This document shows, piece after piece, positions 48,301-58,214 of a DNA stretch of 64,000 bases. This stretch comes from Phycisphaerae bacterium (lineage in GTDB: Bacteria > Planctomycetota > Phycisphaerae > UBA1845 > Fen-1342), in contig JASFQK010000001.1 in the NCBI GenBank assembly GCA_050115495.1, forward strand, positions 32,001 through 96,000, in the 5' to 3' direction. The first letter of the stretch is position 1. The number at the start of each line of letters is the position of its first letter. A program made the translations under genes and the position numbers. The notes beneath the pieces are model-generated. The model did no database searches and was not told the DNA's origin. It saw only the letters and a list, made by a program, of their open reading frames with translations.

Positions 48301-49066
48301 GAACCTCGCCCTGAACGCCCGCGACGTCCTCCTCGATGGCGGCGTCCTGAACATCGACGTCCAGACGCTCGGCGACGACGCCTCCCCGGAAACACCTCGC
48401 GCCGTCTGCCTCACCGTCCGGGACAGCGGCCCGGGCATCCCACCGGAAGTCCAGCCGCGCATCTTCGAGCCCTTCTTCACTACGAAAAGCGCCGGCCGCG
48501 GCACCGGCCTCGGCCTGGCGACCGTCCGCAGCATCGTCCGTGATCACGGCGGACACATCGCCGTCGCCTCAACGCCCGGCCAGGGCGCCACCTTCACCAT
48601 CGTCCTGCCCACCATCGCCGCCACGCCCAGCGAGGTCATCCCCATCCCCGACGGCCGTGGCCGCCTCGTGCTCCTGACCGAGCCCAACCGCCACGCTCGC
48701 CGGCTGATGCTCTCCACGCTCCGCTCGTGGAACTACGACGTGCGCACCCCGGCCAGCGCCGATGAACTCCGCGAAACCTACACGCAGGTGCAGCCACCAT
48801 CCGCCCTGCTCATCCTCAGCGTCGATACCCCCGCCGACCCCAGCCTCGCTTGCCTCGAGGAAATCCGCGCGGCCGGCGGCCCGCCCGTCATCTTGATGTG
48901 CGGCCAGCCCGACACCGATCTCGCCGCCCACCTTGACGAACGAACGCTACTGCTGCACAAGCCGTTCCAGATGTCTGAACTGGGGCGCACGCTGGGCAGG
49001 TTGCTCGAACGACCTCGTCCCGAGGGGCAAACCGCCGATGAACCCGATCAAGATCCTGATCGCTGA
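45314..49066 (+). CDS. Cytoplasmic multi-PAS/GAF hybrid sensor histidine kinase
   Basis: About five PAS/PAC repeats (DVT, DIS, DIT ends), a GAF-like segment, H-box IAHDFGNLL, NLALNARD, DSGPGI, FEPFFTTK, GTGLGL; degenerate C-terminal receiver. Confidence 0.93.
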   Translation: MSDARKTRAQLFEELRALRERLAAAAEVRAHRAAAPGRPLEPADWPRLVPLAVQQSNKGIAITEPDGRLLFVNAAFAAGHGYTAEALVGQPLSSVYPAPETAAAAEHLRFVRETGAFGGPVQHARHDGTTFSAYMHGTLIREESGQPLAVFIAMSDVPALQQAEEALRRNERFLQDIFEGIQDGLCVLDRDLAVLRVNGWMERRYAGRMPLVGRKCYEVFLQRDTRCPDCPCLAALESGQVQTAILPSSRATGVTGWVELSAFPLQDAAGRPFGIIQHVKDVTDRERAQAALHDSEQRLRSLFDGLPVGLYRATPAGQILEANPAMAAMFGYDDRTELMAQNVESLYVDSDERARALRELGQGDGPYTAEARMRRRDGRIIWVSDCARVVRDDAGRVLYCEGALEDISLRKETELELARYRGHLEELVHSRTEELTRAKERLEAELAERSRADAALRDQEQQHRQLFQNAQIGIFRSKLDGSRLLAANQKMAELIERPLAEILALPATAHWADLRDRADMLRRLSREGVVTNFESRLVTGGGKQKTCLFSASLYADRGYLEGTVLDISDRKQADDLLRMQRDLGVALSAANSLQEAFTHWLDTAMRIEGIDAGSVHAVDEQRRHLTMVVHRNLTPHFAALAQQLDLTMPPARAVLDGQPLYWRVGTFGYLDDHARRDGFRIAAAFPVPYAGDVVAVLVVVSRSLDRIPESACQALESMAVRLGGLVAHFRAREALRESEELFRTIVTSSMDAMLAIDQNGNISIFNPAAERMFGCREAEVLHQPLDWLMPAEQRARHGDYVRRYFTTGDPQNAIGRTAELTIMDRSGREFPIEVSLSAGQRSGEPFVLAVIRDITERKRAEAERARLQEQLYEAKRMETVGQVAVGIAHDFGNLLAVARNGVRQLQSHPAATELRAGLETVAQAVDEASSSIQSLLLFSHKLPVERVPLKLCRLVEESAPMLRHLLPDDVDLCVSVHEGGGCLINGDPGQLQQVLMNLALNARDVLLDGGVLNIDVQTLGDDASPETPRAVCLTVRDSGPGIPPEVQPRIFEPFFTTKSAGRGTGLGLATVRSIVRDHGGHIAVASTPGQGATFTIVLPTIAATPSEVIPIPDGRGRLVLLTEPNRHARRLMLSTLRSWNYDVRTPASADELRETYTQVQPPSALLILSVDTPADPSLACLEEIRAAGGPPVILMCGQPDTDLAAHLDERTLLLHKPFQMSELGRTLGRLLERPRPEGQTADEPDQDPDR

Positions 49067-49691
49067 CGACCACGCCATGTTCGCCTCAACCCTGTCGGGT
49101 TGGCTCCGCGGGCAGACCGATATCGAGGTGCTCGGCATCGCCGCCAGCGCCGAAGAAGCCATCAACCAAGCCGTCGATCTCCAGCCCGACGTCGTCCTCA
49201 TGGACATCGACATGCCCGGCCTGGCCTGCTTCGCCGCCGCCCGCATCCTCTCCGACCGCTGCCCCGACTGCGCCGTCATCTTCGTCAGCGCCTACACCCA
49301 CGACCACTACATCGAACAGGCCCTCGCCGCCGAGGCCGCCGGCTACGTCACCAAGAGTGAACCCCCCGAATCCGTCGCCGCGGCGATTCGGGCCGTCGTC
49401 TCCGGCGGAGCCTACTTCTCGCCCGAAGTCCAGTCCCGCATCATCGTCGACGACAGCGGCGCCCGCCTCGCCGAGTCCGCCCGCACGCGCCTCTCGCTGC
49501 TGACCCCCCGCGAACTGGACATCCTCCGCTACATCGCCCGCGGCCTCACCAAAAGGCAGATCGCCGACACGCTCAGCGTCGCCGTCAAGACGGTCGACTC
49601 CCACACCGCCAATCTCATGCTCAAGCTGGATATCCACGACCGCGTCGGCTTGGCCCGCTTCGCCATCCGCGAGGGTCTCGCCGAAGCGTAA
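49038..49691 (+). CDS. NarL/LuxR family response regulator
   Basis: IADDH, PDVVLMDIDMP, GYVTK, LTPRELDIL..GLT..IA..L HTH. Confidence 0.95.
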   Translation: MNPIKILIADDHAMFASTLSGWLRGQTDIEVLGIAASAEEAINQAVDLQPDVVLMDIDMPGLACFAAARILSDRCPDCAVIFVSAYTHDHYIEQALAAEAAGYVTKSEPPESVAAAIRAVVSGGAYFSPEVQSRIIVDDSGARLAESARTRLSLLTPRELDILRYIARGLTKRQIADTLSVAVKTVDSHTANLMLKLDIHDRVGLARFAIREGLAEA

Positions 49692-49698
49692 CCCCGAC

Positions 49699-50202
49699 TC
49701 AGGCCGGAACCGGCTCTGGATCAGCCGAAACCGCCGCCGGCCGGCGACGACGACGAAGCCACTCCAGGCTCGCCTCGAGCACCAACAGCAGCAGCAGCAC
49801 GACATTCGTGCCCACGCCAATCCAGCCGTCAAAGAGCACGTGCAGGAAGCTCGACGTCGGCACGCAGCCACAATCGAACACGTGACCCTGCGCCAACAGA
49901 TACCCCTTGGCCGCCGTGAAGACGATCAGCATGCCGGCGATCACCAGCCGCGCGTCGCGCCGCCAGAGGTCCAGCACCAGCAGCGCCGCCACGATCACCT
50001 CCAGCCACGGCAGCACGTACGCCACCGCGTTGCTCCACAGCATCGGCACCATCTCGTACGCCCGCACCTCCTTGATGAAGGTCTCCGGGTCGAGAATCTT
50101 CGTGATGCCCGTGTACGCGAACAGGACCGCCACGAGCAGGCGCGGCACCCACTCCAGCACCCGCCGTCCCGCCGACCCCTTTGGCAACGTTGAAGCTGAC
50201 AT
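49699..50202 (-). CDS. MauE/DoxX family membrane protein
   Basis: TKILDP.TF...AY, LPWLE, DCGC motif; four TMs. Confidence 0.85.
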   Translation of the reverse strand: MSASTLPKGSAGRRVLEWVPRLLVAVLFAYTGITKILDPETFIKEVRAYEMVPMLWSNAVAYVLPWLEVIVAALLVLDLWRRDARLVIAGMLIVFTAAKGYLLAQGHVFDCGCVPTSSFLHVLFDGWIGVGTNVVLLLLLVLEASLEWLRRRRRPAAVSADPEPVPA

Positions 50203-50823
50203 CTAGCCTCCGCCGGAATCGTCCGGGATCTCGTCGAGCGGCTCGTCCCCCATCTCATCCCCCGTCTCGTCCCATTCGCTCTCGTCCGGGCTGATGGACC
50301 CGTCGTCGGTGTACTCGTCGGCCGGATAGCCGTACGGATCCGGCCCCGTCGTCGCCGGCAAACCGGCCGCCACCATCCCCGCCCATCCCGCGTGAAACAC
50401 GCGCACCTCGTGCGAGAACCCCCAGCTCTGCAGCACGTTCCAGAGATCCTCAGCGTCCTCACACAGGTCCGACGAGCAATACACCACTACCGGCAACCCG
50501 ATGTACGCACTGACCCGGTCGTAGTGGTAACCATCCTGCGCCTCGCCCGCCGGGATGTTCATCACCAGCGGCGCGTTGAGGTGCCCCTCCTCAAACGCCT
50601 CCCGCGAACGGGCGTCGATCACCAGCGAGCCTACCTCGTAGTGAGCGATCAGCTCCTTCAGCGAGATCCCCGTCTCCGCGAGCCAGCGCTCGTGCTCCGT
50701 CTGCTCCTGCTCGATCTGCTGCAGATTCGGCACCAGCGGCCGGCCCTGGCTCCACGCCAACCCCAGGCCCACGCTCGCCGAGAACAGCACGATCAACAAG
50801 ACGCGTACAGCCATCCACTTCAT
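50203..50823 (-). CDS. Membrane-anchored rhodanese-domain protein
   Basis: N-terminal TM; IDARS..FEEGH, VVVYCSSDLC, FHAGW; acidic tail. Confidence 0.87.
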   Translation of the reverse strand: MKWMAVRVLLIVLFSASVGLGLAWSQGRPLVPNLQQIEQEQTEHERWLAETGISLKELIAHYEVGSLVIDARSREAFEEGHLNAPLVMNIPAGEAQDGYHYDRVSAYIGLPVVVYCSSDLCEDAEDLWNVLQSWGFSHEVRVFHAGWAGMVAAGLPATTGPDPYGYPADEYTDDGSISPDESEWDETGDEMGDEPLDEIPDDSGGG

Positions 50824-51896
50824 GGACTCTGCGGCCCCTCCTCCGGCTGGGCGGCCGGCTTCTTAACCGGCTCCACCACCTGAATGCGGATCGTCAGCTC
50901 CCGGTACTGCTCGTCCCGGGCATCCGTACGCAACGTCACCCACGCGTCGCCCGGCGGCAGCTCCGCCCCCGGCGGCAACGTGATCTGCACCGTCTGATCC
51001 ACCCAGCCCCCTCGCGGACTCGACGGTTCACGAATCTCACACTTGATGCTCGGATCGCTCGGCCGCGCCTCCAGCACCTTCACCGGCATGTCTTCCCGGC
51101 TCGTGACCTTCACCCGCTTCGGCATCGGGTACATCGCCTGCCGCGACAGCGGCAGCGTGCTCGGACTGCACTCCACGTCCGGCCGCACGTACGCCTGAAT
51201 CGGCACGCGGAACATCGGCGAGTGGTCCAGCCCCGTCTCCACCTCCACCTCGATCGCGTTGTACCCCTGCTTCATCGGCGGCTTCGTCCGGGCCGTCAGC
51301 TCGAACTCCATCCCCGGCTTCGTCTCCTTCAGCTCGACCGCGAATACGCCGAAGTCCTGCCCCTCCTTCAGCCGGAAGTGCACGGGTCCGTCGTACTTGC
51401 TCTTGAAGACGATCGTCTTCGACTCCTCCGCCGACCGATGCAGCCGGTAGAAGCCGATCCCGCCGTTAGGCTTCACCTCGTACAGCGGCTTGACGTTGCC
51501 GGTCACCTCGATGGGCACGCGCGGCTGCGCCGGATCGTTCGTGAGCAGCGTGATCGTCTGCCGGGCGGCCCCCTGCCGCTTGAGCGTGTCGTACGTGATC
51601 GTCATGGTGTCCGCCTCGCCGGGCGGCAACGGGCTCTTTGGTTTCGTCGGCGCCGTGCAGCCGCACGACGTCTTCACCGAGATCGTCAGCGGCGCCGTGC
51701 CGATGTTCTTGATCAGAATCTCCTTCGATACCGGCTCGCCCTGCCAGACCTCGCCGAATTCGAAAGACGTGGCGCTCAGCTCCATCTCCGGCGTGCCCGC
51801 CGGCTGGCTCTGCGGTACCTGCGCCACGGCCACGCCAGTCGCCACCAGCAACCAGAACAGTACAGACCCGATCAAACACTGATGCATCATGTCCAC
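50820..51896 (-). CDS. Exported DUF1573 (Ig-like) domain protein
   Basis: Signal peptide; FEFGEV, N.GTAPL.I..TSCGCT, LPPGE, TNDP. Confidence 0.82.
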   Translation of the reverse strand: MDMMHQCLIGSVLFWLLVATGVAVAQVPQSQPAGTPEMELSATSFEFGEVWQGEPVSKEILIKNIGTAPLTISVKTSCGCTAPTKPKSPLPPGEADTMTITYDTLKRQGAARQTITLLTNDPAQPRVPIEVTGNVKPLYEVKPNGGIGFYRLHRSAEESKTIVFKSKYDGPVHFRLKEGQDFGVFAVELKETKPGMEFELTARTKPPMKQGYNAIEVEVETGLDHSPMFRVPIQAYVRPDVECSPSTLPLSRQAMYPMPKRVKVTSREDMPVKVLEARPSDPSIKCEIREPSSPRGGWVDQTVQITLPPGAELPPGDAWVTLRTDARDEQYRELTIRIQVVEPVKKPAAQPEEGPQSP

Positions 51897-51976
51897 CTCT
51901 TTCAGGTCGCGGGAAGCGTCTCCCTGTTATTCGCGGCGACCCACGCCGCGCACGAAGCTCGGCCGGGCGCGCCCGG

Positions 51977-53071
51977 TTACGGGACCGGACGCCGCTGGCT
52001 GTGCGCCTCCGCAAACCGCCGAGCCTCTTGGTATACCTTTACATCCGAGGTAACAAGCATGGTGATCTCGGGGAACTCCGGGTCGTTCGTGAAGATGGTC
52101 AGCTTCACACCCTCCGCCGGCACCGTCACGCTCGCGGCTAGGTCCACCAGGATCCGCACGTTCCGGGTCGGCACCGCCGTGTCCAACGCCACCTGCCGGG
52201 CCTCCTCGGGCTCGCCCACCGTCAGCTTCATCCCCGGCTGCCCGCACTCCGCCCGCGTCACCCGAAATGACGCATCGTCCCCGAAGTAACGAACCACGAT
52301 GACCCGCCGCAGCAAGTCCGGCGACTCCGGCATATACAACGCCATGGGGTACAGCTCGACCCGATCCACAACCTGTGCCCGAACCAGAATCTCGATCCGC
52401 GGCTCCTGCTCCAGACCCGTCGTGAAATAGACCTTCTCCTCCACCGGAATCCGTTCGAACGGCGGCCGCGTCGTCACCGTCAGCTCGTACGCCCGCCCCT
52501 CCTTCAACGTCTTCAACTCCGCCACGAACTTGCCCGTCTTCAACGGACGCATCTCCAGCCGCATCGGCTCCTTTTCCTGGTTCACCAGCCGGATCTTCTG
52601 CGTCTGCGTTTTGTTCGGTTCCAGCGTGTTGAAACGCAGGCCGTGCGCCGGCGTGAGCTCCACCGACCGCTTCACGATGCCGGTCACCGCGAACAGCACC
52701 GCCGGCCGCTGCGGATCGTTCGACTTGATCGTCACCCGCGCCTGCGATTTCCCGCTCTTCAAGCGAACATCAAAGCTGATCTTCGCCGTCACCTGCTCCC
52801 CCGGCGCCACCTCGTACTTCTCCAGCGGCGTCACCGTGCACCCGCAACAGCCAAACACGCGACTCAGCCGCAGCTCCCCATCCCCGGTGTTCGAGATCGT
52901 CAGCTCGAACTGCACCTGGTCCGTGGGATGCACCGTCCCGAAATCCCAGAACGGCTGCGACAGCGCGATGCGTGGCGTGCCGTCGGCCAGCGCCGCCGGC
53001 GAGACCACCGCCAACACCACAACCATCCCGAGTCCGAATAACCAGAATATCCTTGGCTGCATGGAATTCAC
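51977..53071 (-). CDS. Exported DUF1573 (Ig-like) domain protein, paralogue
   Basis: Signal peptide; WDFGTV, NTGDGEL, GCCGCT, VAPGE, SNDP. Confidence 0.82.
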   Translation of the reverse strand: MNSMQPRIFWLFGLGMVVVLAVVSPAALADGTPRIALSQPFWDFGTVHPTDQVQFELTISNTGDGELRLSRVFGCCGCTVTPLEKYEVAPGEQVTAKISFDVRLKSGKSQARVTIKSNDPQRPAVLFAVTGIVKRSVELTPAHGLRFNTLEPNKTQTQKIRLVNQEKEPMRLEMRPLKTGKFVAELKTLKEGRAYELTVTTRPPFERIPVEEKVYFTTGLEQEPRIEILVRAQVVDRVELYPMALYMPESPDLLRRVIVVRYFGDDASFRVTRAECGQPGMKLTVGEPEEARQVALDTAVPTRNVRILVDLAASVTVPAEGVKLTIFTNDPEFPEITMLVTSDVKVYQEARRFAEAHSQRRPVP

Positions 53072-53230
53072 CTCGGCAAGTCTGCGTGGATCCCGCCGGA
53101 AAGCGAACTACGCCCCGGCGCTGGTCCCCCAGCCAGATCCGTGCACTCCTGACGGATTTGCGATTCTATCGCCCGCGACATGGAGTAGCCAGCGCCGCCC
53201 GCCCGCGGCGCCGGCTGAGTCGTCCGGTAA

Positions 53231-54175
53231 TCAGTTCAGCGTGGGGTTGTCCCGCAGTGCCGCCAGCATCTTCAGCGCCGCCGGCCCCGCCAGCACCACG
53301 CCCATCGCCGGGAAGATGAACAGCACCAGAGGGATCATCAGCTTGACCGCGGTCTTCTGGGCCCGCTCTTCGGCGGCCTGGTGCCGCTTCGTGCGCAGCG
53401 TGTCCGCCTGGTTGCGCAGGGCCTTGGCGATGCTCGTGCCGAACTTCTCCGCCTGGAGCACCACCGTCACCAGGCTGCGCATCTCCTCCACGCCGCAACG
53501 CCGGGCCATGTTCTCCAGCGCCTCCCCGCGCGGAATGCCCATCTGCGTTTCCATGGTGGCGATGCGCATCTCTTCCGACAGGTCGTGATGCACCAGGGCC
53601 ATCTCTTCGCCGACGCGCTTGATCGCCGCATCCAGCGCCAGGCCCGACTCCACCGACACCACCAGCAGGTCCAGCGTGTCCGGCAAACCGTGGCGGATCT
53701 TCTGCTTGCGCCCGCCCGAAGCCACCGACAGCCAGAAGTTCGGCAGCATGAAGCCCGCCCCGGCGCCGAAGGCCACGAGGCCCAGCAGCGTCGTCAACTG
53801 CGCGTTCACCGACAGGGCGACGAACGCCGCCACCAGCAGCCCGACGATCGCCAGCACGCTCTTGCTGGCCAGGAAGATGGTCTGCGCCCCGGCCTGCCGA
53901 TAGCCGGCGTTGGCCAGCTTCAGGCGCAGCATATTCTGATCCTGGTCCGACGAAGGCAGCACCAGCTTCGACAGCATGGGCGTGGCCCGCTTGACCAGTT
54001 GGGCCGTCGCCGTGCTGCGGGCTCTTTCGCGGATTTCCGCGATCTCATCCACGCCCCGCCCGCCGGCCAGCCGGCGTTTAACCGCGTCGCGCCCGTCGCG
54101 CTTGCGCGGCATCAGGCTGTACAGCACGAGGCCGATGGAGACCGCTAACAGGATGCCGAGCGTCCACAGGTTCAT
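53231..54175 (-). CDS. tadC: Tad pilus inner-membrane platform protein
   Basis: LPDTLDLLVVSVESGLALDAA, QAEKFGTSI, AEERAQK.AVKL..PLVLFIFP. Confidence 0.93.
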   Translation of the reverse strand: MNLWTLGILLAVSIGLVLYSLMPRKRDGRDAVKRRLAGGRGVDEIAEIRERARSTATAQLVKRATPMLSKLVLPSSDQDQNMLRLKLANAGYRQAGAQTIFLASKSVLAIVGLLVAAFVALSVNAQLTTLLGLVAFGAGAGFMLPNFWLSVASGGRKQKIRHGLPDTLDLLVVSVESGLALDAAIKRVGEEMALVHHDLSEEMRIATMETQMGIPRGEALENMARRCGVEEMRSLVTVVLQAEKFGTSIAKALRNQADTLRTKRHQAAEERAQKTAVKLMIPLVLFIFPAMGVVLAGPAALKMLAALRDNPTLN

Positions 54176-54186
54176 TGGCCGCCCTC

Positions 54187-55200
54187 CTACACCTTGATGT
54201 TCACAATCTTCTTGATCATGGCCCAGCCCATGAGCTGCATGACGATCGCCACCGTCAACATCATCTTCCCCGCCGGCTCGGTCAGCAGCATCATCGCATA
54301 CTCACGGTTCACCTGGAGCATGACCACGAACACGACCACCGGCAGCGCCAGCAGCACGTAACCCGACAGCCGGCCCTCGGCGGTGAGCGCCTGCACCGTC
54401 CCGAACAGCTTGATGCGGTCGCGAATCACCGTGCCGATCTTGTCCAGCACCTCGGCCAGGTCACCACCGGTCTGCCGCTGGATCAGCACGGCCGTCACAA
54501 AGAACCGCACGTCGAGCATCCCCACCCGATCCGCCATGTTCTTCAGGGCGTCCTCGATCTTCAGACCCAGGTTCTGCTCGTGGAACACGCGCCCGAATTC
54601 CGTCCCCGCCGGATCCGGCATCTCCTTCGCCACGAGCTGCATCCCGCTGGCCAGCGAGTGCCCGGCCCGCAGCGCCTGGCTCAGCAGCTCGAACACGTCC
54701 GGCAACTGGTCCACCATCTTCGCCAGCCGCTTCTTCCGCCGCCGGAACAGGTACAGAATCGGCAGGATGAACGTGCCCGCCGCCGCACCCAGGGCCACCA
54801 GCAGCGACACCTGGAACATCAGCAGCACCGCCAGCAGCACGCTGGCCGCGGCCGTCAGCCGCACCATCACCTGCGGTGCCGACCAGGCCACGTTCGCCTG
54901 GTCCAGCGCCCGCTGTAGCTTCGCCGTGAAGCTCAGCTTGGCGAAGGCCTGGGCCAGGATGCCCGTGGCCTCCACCGTCTGCCGGCGAAAGTCCTCGAAT
55001 CCCGCCGTCGCCGTCGCTGCCTTGCGACGCCCCCCACCCTTCAACCGGTCCATTACCCGCTTGCGCGTGTTCGAGCGGAGGTCATACACCGCCTGAAACA
55101 CGCCGTAGGCGAGCATGACCGAACCGGCCAGGGGCGCCAGGATCAACAGGATCCCCTGTACGCTGCCGATGCCCTGAAGGGCCAGGATCGCGCTGCACAT
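54187..55200 (-). CDS. tadB: Tad pilus inner-membrane platform protein
   Basis: QLPD..ELL..ALRAGHS, IQRQTGGDLAEVL, ALTAEGRLS. Confidence 0.93.
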   Translation of the reverse strand: MCSAILALQGIGSVQGILLILAPLAGSVMLAYGVFQAVYDLRSNTRKRVMDRLKGGGRRKAATATAGFEDFRRQTVEATGILAQAFAKLSFTAKLQRALDQANVAWSAPQVMVRLTAAASVLLAVLLMFQVSLLVALGAAAGTFILPILYLFRRRKKRLAKMVDQLPDVFELLSQALRAGHSLASGMQLVAKEMPDPAGTEFGRVFHEQNLGLKIEDALKNMADRVGMLDVRFFVTAVLIQRQTGGDLAEVLDKIGTVIRDRIKLFGTVQALTAEGRLSGYVLLALPVVVFVVMLQVNREYAMMLLTEPAGKMMLTVAIVMQLMGWAMIKKIVNIKV

Positions 55201-55203
55201 GGC

Positions 55204-56712
55204 TCAGTCGTCCACTACCAGGTCACGTTGTTCAAACCACGCCGGATCCAGCACGCATCCGGCGGCCCTCAGACGGTCGACGAACTGCGGACGCACACCC
55301 GTGGCCACGATCCGACCACAGGCCTTGCCGTCCGCCGTCACCCCGTCCTGCTCAAACTTGAAGACGTCCTGCATCGTAATCACGTCCCCCTCCATGCCCT
55401 GCACCTCGGTGACGCTGACGATCTTGCGCGGCCCACCCGTCAGACGGGCGGCCTGCACGATCAGGTTGATCGCCGAGGCGAACTGCTGGCGAATGGCCTT
55501 CGTCGGCAGCTCGAACCCCGACATCATCACCATCGTCTCCACGCGCTGCACCGCGTCACGCGTGTTGTTCGCGTGAATCGTCGTCATCGAGCCTTCGTGG
55601 CCCGTGTTCATCGCCTGCAACATGTCCAGCGTCTCGCCGCCACGGCACTCACCGACCACGATCCGGTCCGGCCGCATACGCAACGAGTTGATCAGCAGGT
55701 CGCGAATCGAGATGCGCCCCTTCCCCTCGATGTTCGGCGGCCGCGTCTCCAGCCGCACCACGTGCGGCTGCCGCAGTTGCAGCTCCGCCGCGTCCTCGAT
55801 CGTCACGATACGCTCGTCCTCGGGAATGAACGACGACAGGTTGTTCAGCAGCGTCGTCTTGCCCGAGCCCGTACCGCCGGCGATCAGAATGTTCAGCCCG
55901 GCCGCCACGCACGCCTTCAGAAAATCCACCATCTGCGGCGCGCACGACTTGAACCGCACGTAGTCGTCCCACGTGATCGGATCCTTGCCGAAACGCCGAA
56001 TCGACATCGATGGCCCGTCAATCGCCAGCGGCGGAATGATGGCGTTCACACGGCTGCCGTCCTTCAGACGGGCGTCCACCATCGGGCTGGTTTCGTCACA
56101 GCGCCGGCCCAGCGGCGCCACGATCTTGTCAATCACGTGCAGCAGGTGCTGGTTGTCCTTGAACTTCACGTCCGTGAGCGTGAGCTGCCCTTTGCGCTCC
56201 ACGTACACCTGCTTCGGCCCGTTGATCAGAATGTCCGACACCAGCGCGTCGGCCAGCAACGCCTCCAGCGGCCCCAGCCCGAACGTCTCGTCCAGAATCT
56301 CCTGCGCCAGCCGCTCCCGCTCGCTGAAGTTCAGCAGCGTGTTCTCTTCATCACACAGCGCCTTCACCACCTGCCGGACCTGCTCGCGCATCTCCGGCGT
56401 GGCCTCCCGCTCCAGCTTGGTCATGTCGAGCTGCTCGACCAGCTTGCGGTGAATACGCCCCTTCAGCTCCTGAAACCGCTGCGCCCGCTCATCGGCCAAC
56501 CGGTCGTCCTTCGACCGCGCCGGCTTCGGCGGCACGGGCGCCACGGCCGGCACCGGTACCGGCACCGGCGCCGGCGCCGGAGTCTTCGCCGCCGGCGCTT
56601 CCGCCGCCGCGGCCGGCTCAGCCGGCGCCGGCTCGCTCACGGGTCGCTCTTCCGCCACTGGCGGCGGTGGCGCCGTCGCCGTGTTGTTCTGCTTGCGAGA
56701 AAACAAAGCCAT
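55204..56712 (-). CDS. cpaF: Tad pilus assembly ATPase CpaF/TadA
   Basis: [56 protein letters not shown]. Confidence 0.96.
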   Translation of the reverse strand: MALFSRKQNNTATAPPPPVAEERPVSEPAPAEPAAAAEAPAAKTPAPAPVPVPVPAVAPVPPKPARSKDDRLADERAQRFQELKGRIHRKLVEQLDMTKLEREATPEMREQVRQVVKALCDEENTLLNFSERERLAQEILDETFGLGPLEALLADALVSDILINGPKQVYVERKGQLTLTDVKFKDNQHLLHVIDKIVAPLGRRCDETSPMVDARLKDGSRVNAIIPPLAIDGPSMSIRRFGKDPITWDDYVRFKSCAPQMVDFLKACVAAGLNILIAGGTGSGKTTLLNNLSSFIPEDERIVTIEDAAELQLRQPHVVRLETRPPNIEGKGRISIRDLLINSLRMRPDRIVVGECRGGETLDMLQAMNTGHEGSMTTIHANNTRDAVQRVETMVMMSGFELPTKAIRQQFASAINLIVQAARLTGGPRKIVSVTEVQGMEGDVITMQDVFKFEQDGVTADGKACGRIVATGVRPQFVDRLRAAGCVLDPAWFEQRDLVVDD

Positions 56713-56800
56713 ACCTGGCTCCACAACAAAGTCCTGCGGCGCTTCCGTGCCCGATCACCGGCATCCCTGTCCGGGGCCCACGCCCCGCCCCTCCGGCGGA

Positions 56801-58048
56801 CTACTTCTGACCGGCGAAGAGCGAGAACAACCCCTTCTTCTGGGGTTCGGCGCCCTCGCCGTCCGGTGCGTCCTTGCCCTCCTCGCCGCCGACAGCGCCG
56901 GCCAGCGCTTGCGCGATCTGCCGATACGCCGCCCGCAGCTTCGATTTCGGTGCCCACTCCAGCAGCGGCGTCCCCACGTTCACCGCCGTGCTGCTCGTCT
57001 TCCAATCGTCCGGCATCACCCAGTCGAGCTTCCGCCCCAGCGTCGCCTCGACGTCCGCCTGCTCGAGGTACCCCGCCTCCCGCCCGAAGCGATTGCACAC
57101 CAGGCGGATGCGATCCATGTTGTAGCCCTTCCGCGCCAGGTCGGTCAGCAGACGATCCGTGTTGCGCACCGACGGCACCACGAGCTGCAGCACCACCAGG
57201 CACGCGTCCGCCATGTCCAGCACGGCCCGCGCCGTCCGGTCGAACCGGATCGGCCCGTCCACCATCACAAAGTCGTAGTGCTCCTGCAGCGCCGCCAGCG
57301 CCCCCGCCGTCTGCGCTGCGCTGATCTGCTCCGCCCGCTCCAGGTCGTTCGGCTGCGCCAGCACGTGCACACCGGTCGAGTGCTTCACCACCACGCGCTC
57401 GATCATCTGCGCCTCAATGCGCTCCGGCGTGTCACACAGGTCCGCGATCGTGTAGGAGGCCTGCGCATCCAGGAACATGGCCACCTGCCCGAAGCGGAAG
57501 TCCAGGTCCACTACCGCCACGCGCGGCGGACCCGCCACCCCGCTCGGACCGATCCAGCTCTTGAGCTGCGCCAGCTCCACCGCCAGGTTCGTCACCAGCG
57601 TCGTGGCCCCCACGCCACCGCACGTTCCCAGCACCGGAACCAGCCGCCCCACCCGCCGGCCCGAACCCGCACTCTCTCCGCCCACCCGGTGCAGAATCTC
57701 GCTGAGCTGCTCCGGTGGGAACGGCTTCCAGAGGAACTCCCGCATCCCGGCCCGCATCGCCCGCACCACCAGCTCCGCGTCGCGATCCTCGGTCATCGCG
57801 ATCGCCGCGAGGTGCTCCTTCCGCGCCTCGATCAGCGGCGCCACCACGTCCATCATCGCCGTCGGATTCGGATCCAGGTGGATCAGCAGTGCTTCGGCGG
57901 GGAATTGGTCGAGGGCCTGGGCCAGGAAGACGGGTTCGTCGATCTCGGCGACGATTTTGACGTGCTCAATGCTCAGCAGATAATTGCGCAGCTCCGCGGT
58001 GGCTTCCTCGTCGCTGTTGACCACGATGACGCGGATAACCTGGCTCAC
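56801..58048 (-). CDS. cpaE: Tad pilus localisation protein CpaE/TadZ (pseudo-receiver plus MinD-like)
   Basis: AMRAGMREFL, deviant Walker A GTCGGVGATT, DLDFRFG, AVNVGTP. Confidence 0.88.
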   Translation of the reverse strand: MSQVIRVIVVNSDEEATAELRNYLLSIEHVKIVAEIDEPVFLAQALDQFPAEALLIHLDPNPTAMMDVVAPLIEARKEHLAAIAMTEDRDAELVVRAMRAGMREFLWKPFPPEQLSEILHRVGGESAGSGRRVGRLVPVLGTCGGVGATTLVTNLAVELAQLKSWIGPSGVAGPPRVAVVDLDFRFGQVAMFLDAQASYTIADLCDTPERIEAQMIERVVVKHSTGVHVLAQPNDLERAEQISAAQTAGALAALQEHYDFVMVDGPIRFDRTARAVLDMADACLVVLQLVVPSVRNTDRLLTDLARKGYNMDRIRLVCNRFGREAGYLEQADVEATLGRKLDWVMPDDWKTSSTAVNVGTPLLEWAPKSKLRAAYRQIAQALAGAVGGEEGKDAPDGEGAEPQKKGLFSLFAGQK

Positions 58049-58214
58049 CGCTGCTGTGTGTCCTTCCGTGCGGCCGGCCTTGGCCTACGGACCGGAGCGC
58101 GGACGGCGACCTCGCGGGTCACGCCGCTCATACCAGGCTCGCCGCCTGCGCTCCGCGACCGGTCCGGCCGGTGGACGCCCACCTGCCGGCCCGGCCCGTC
58201 CGTTGCCTACCGGA

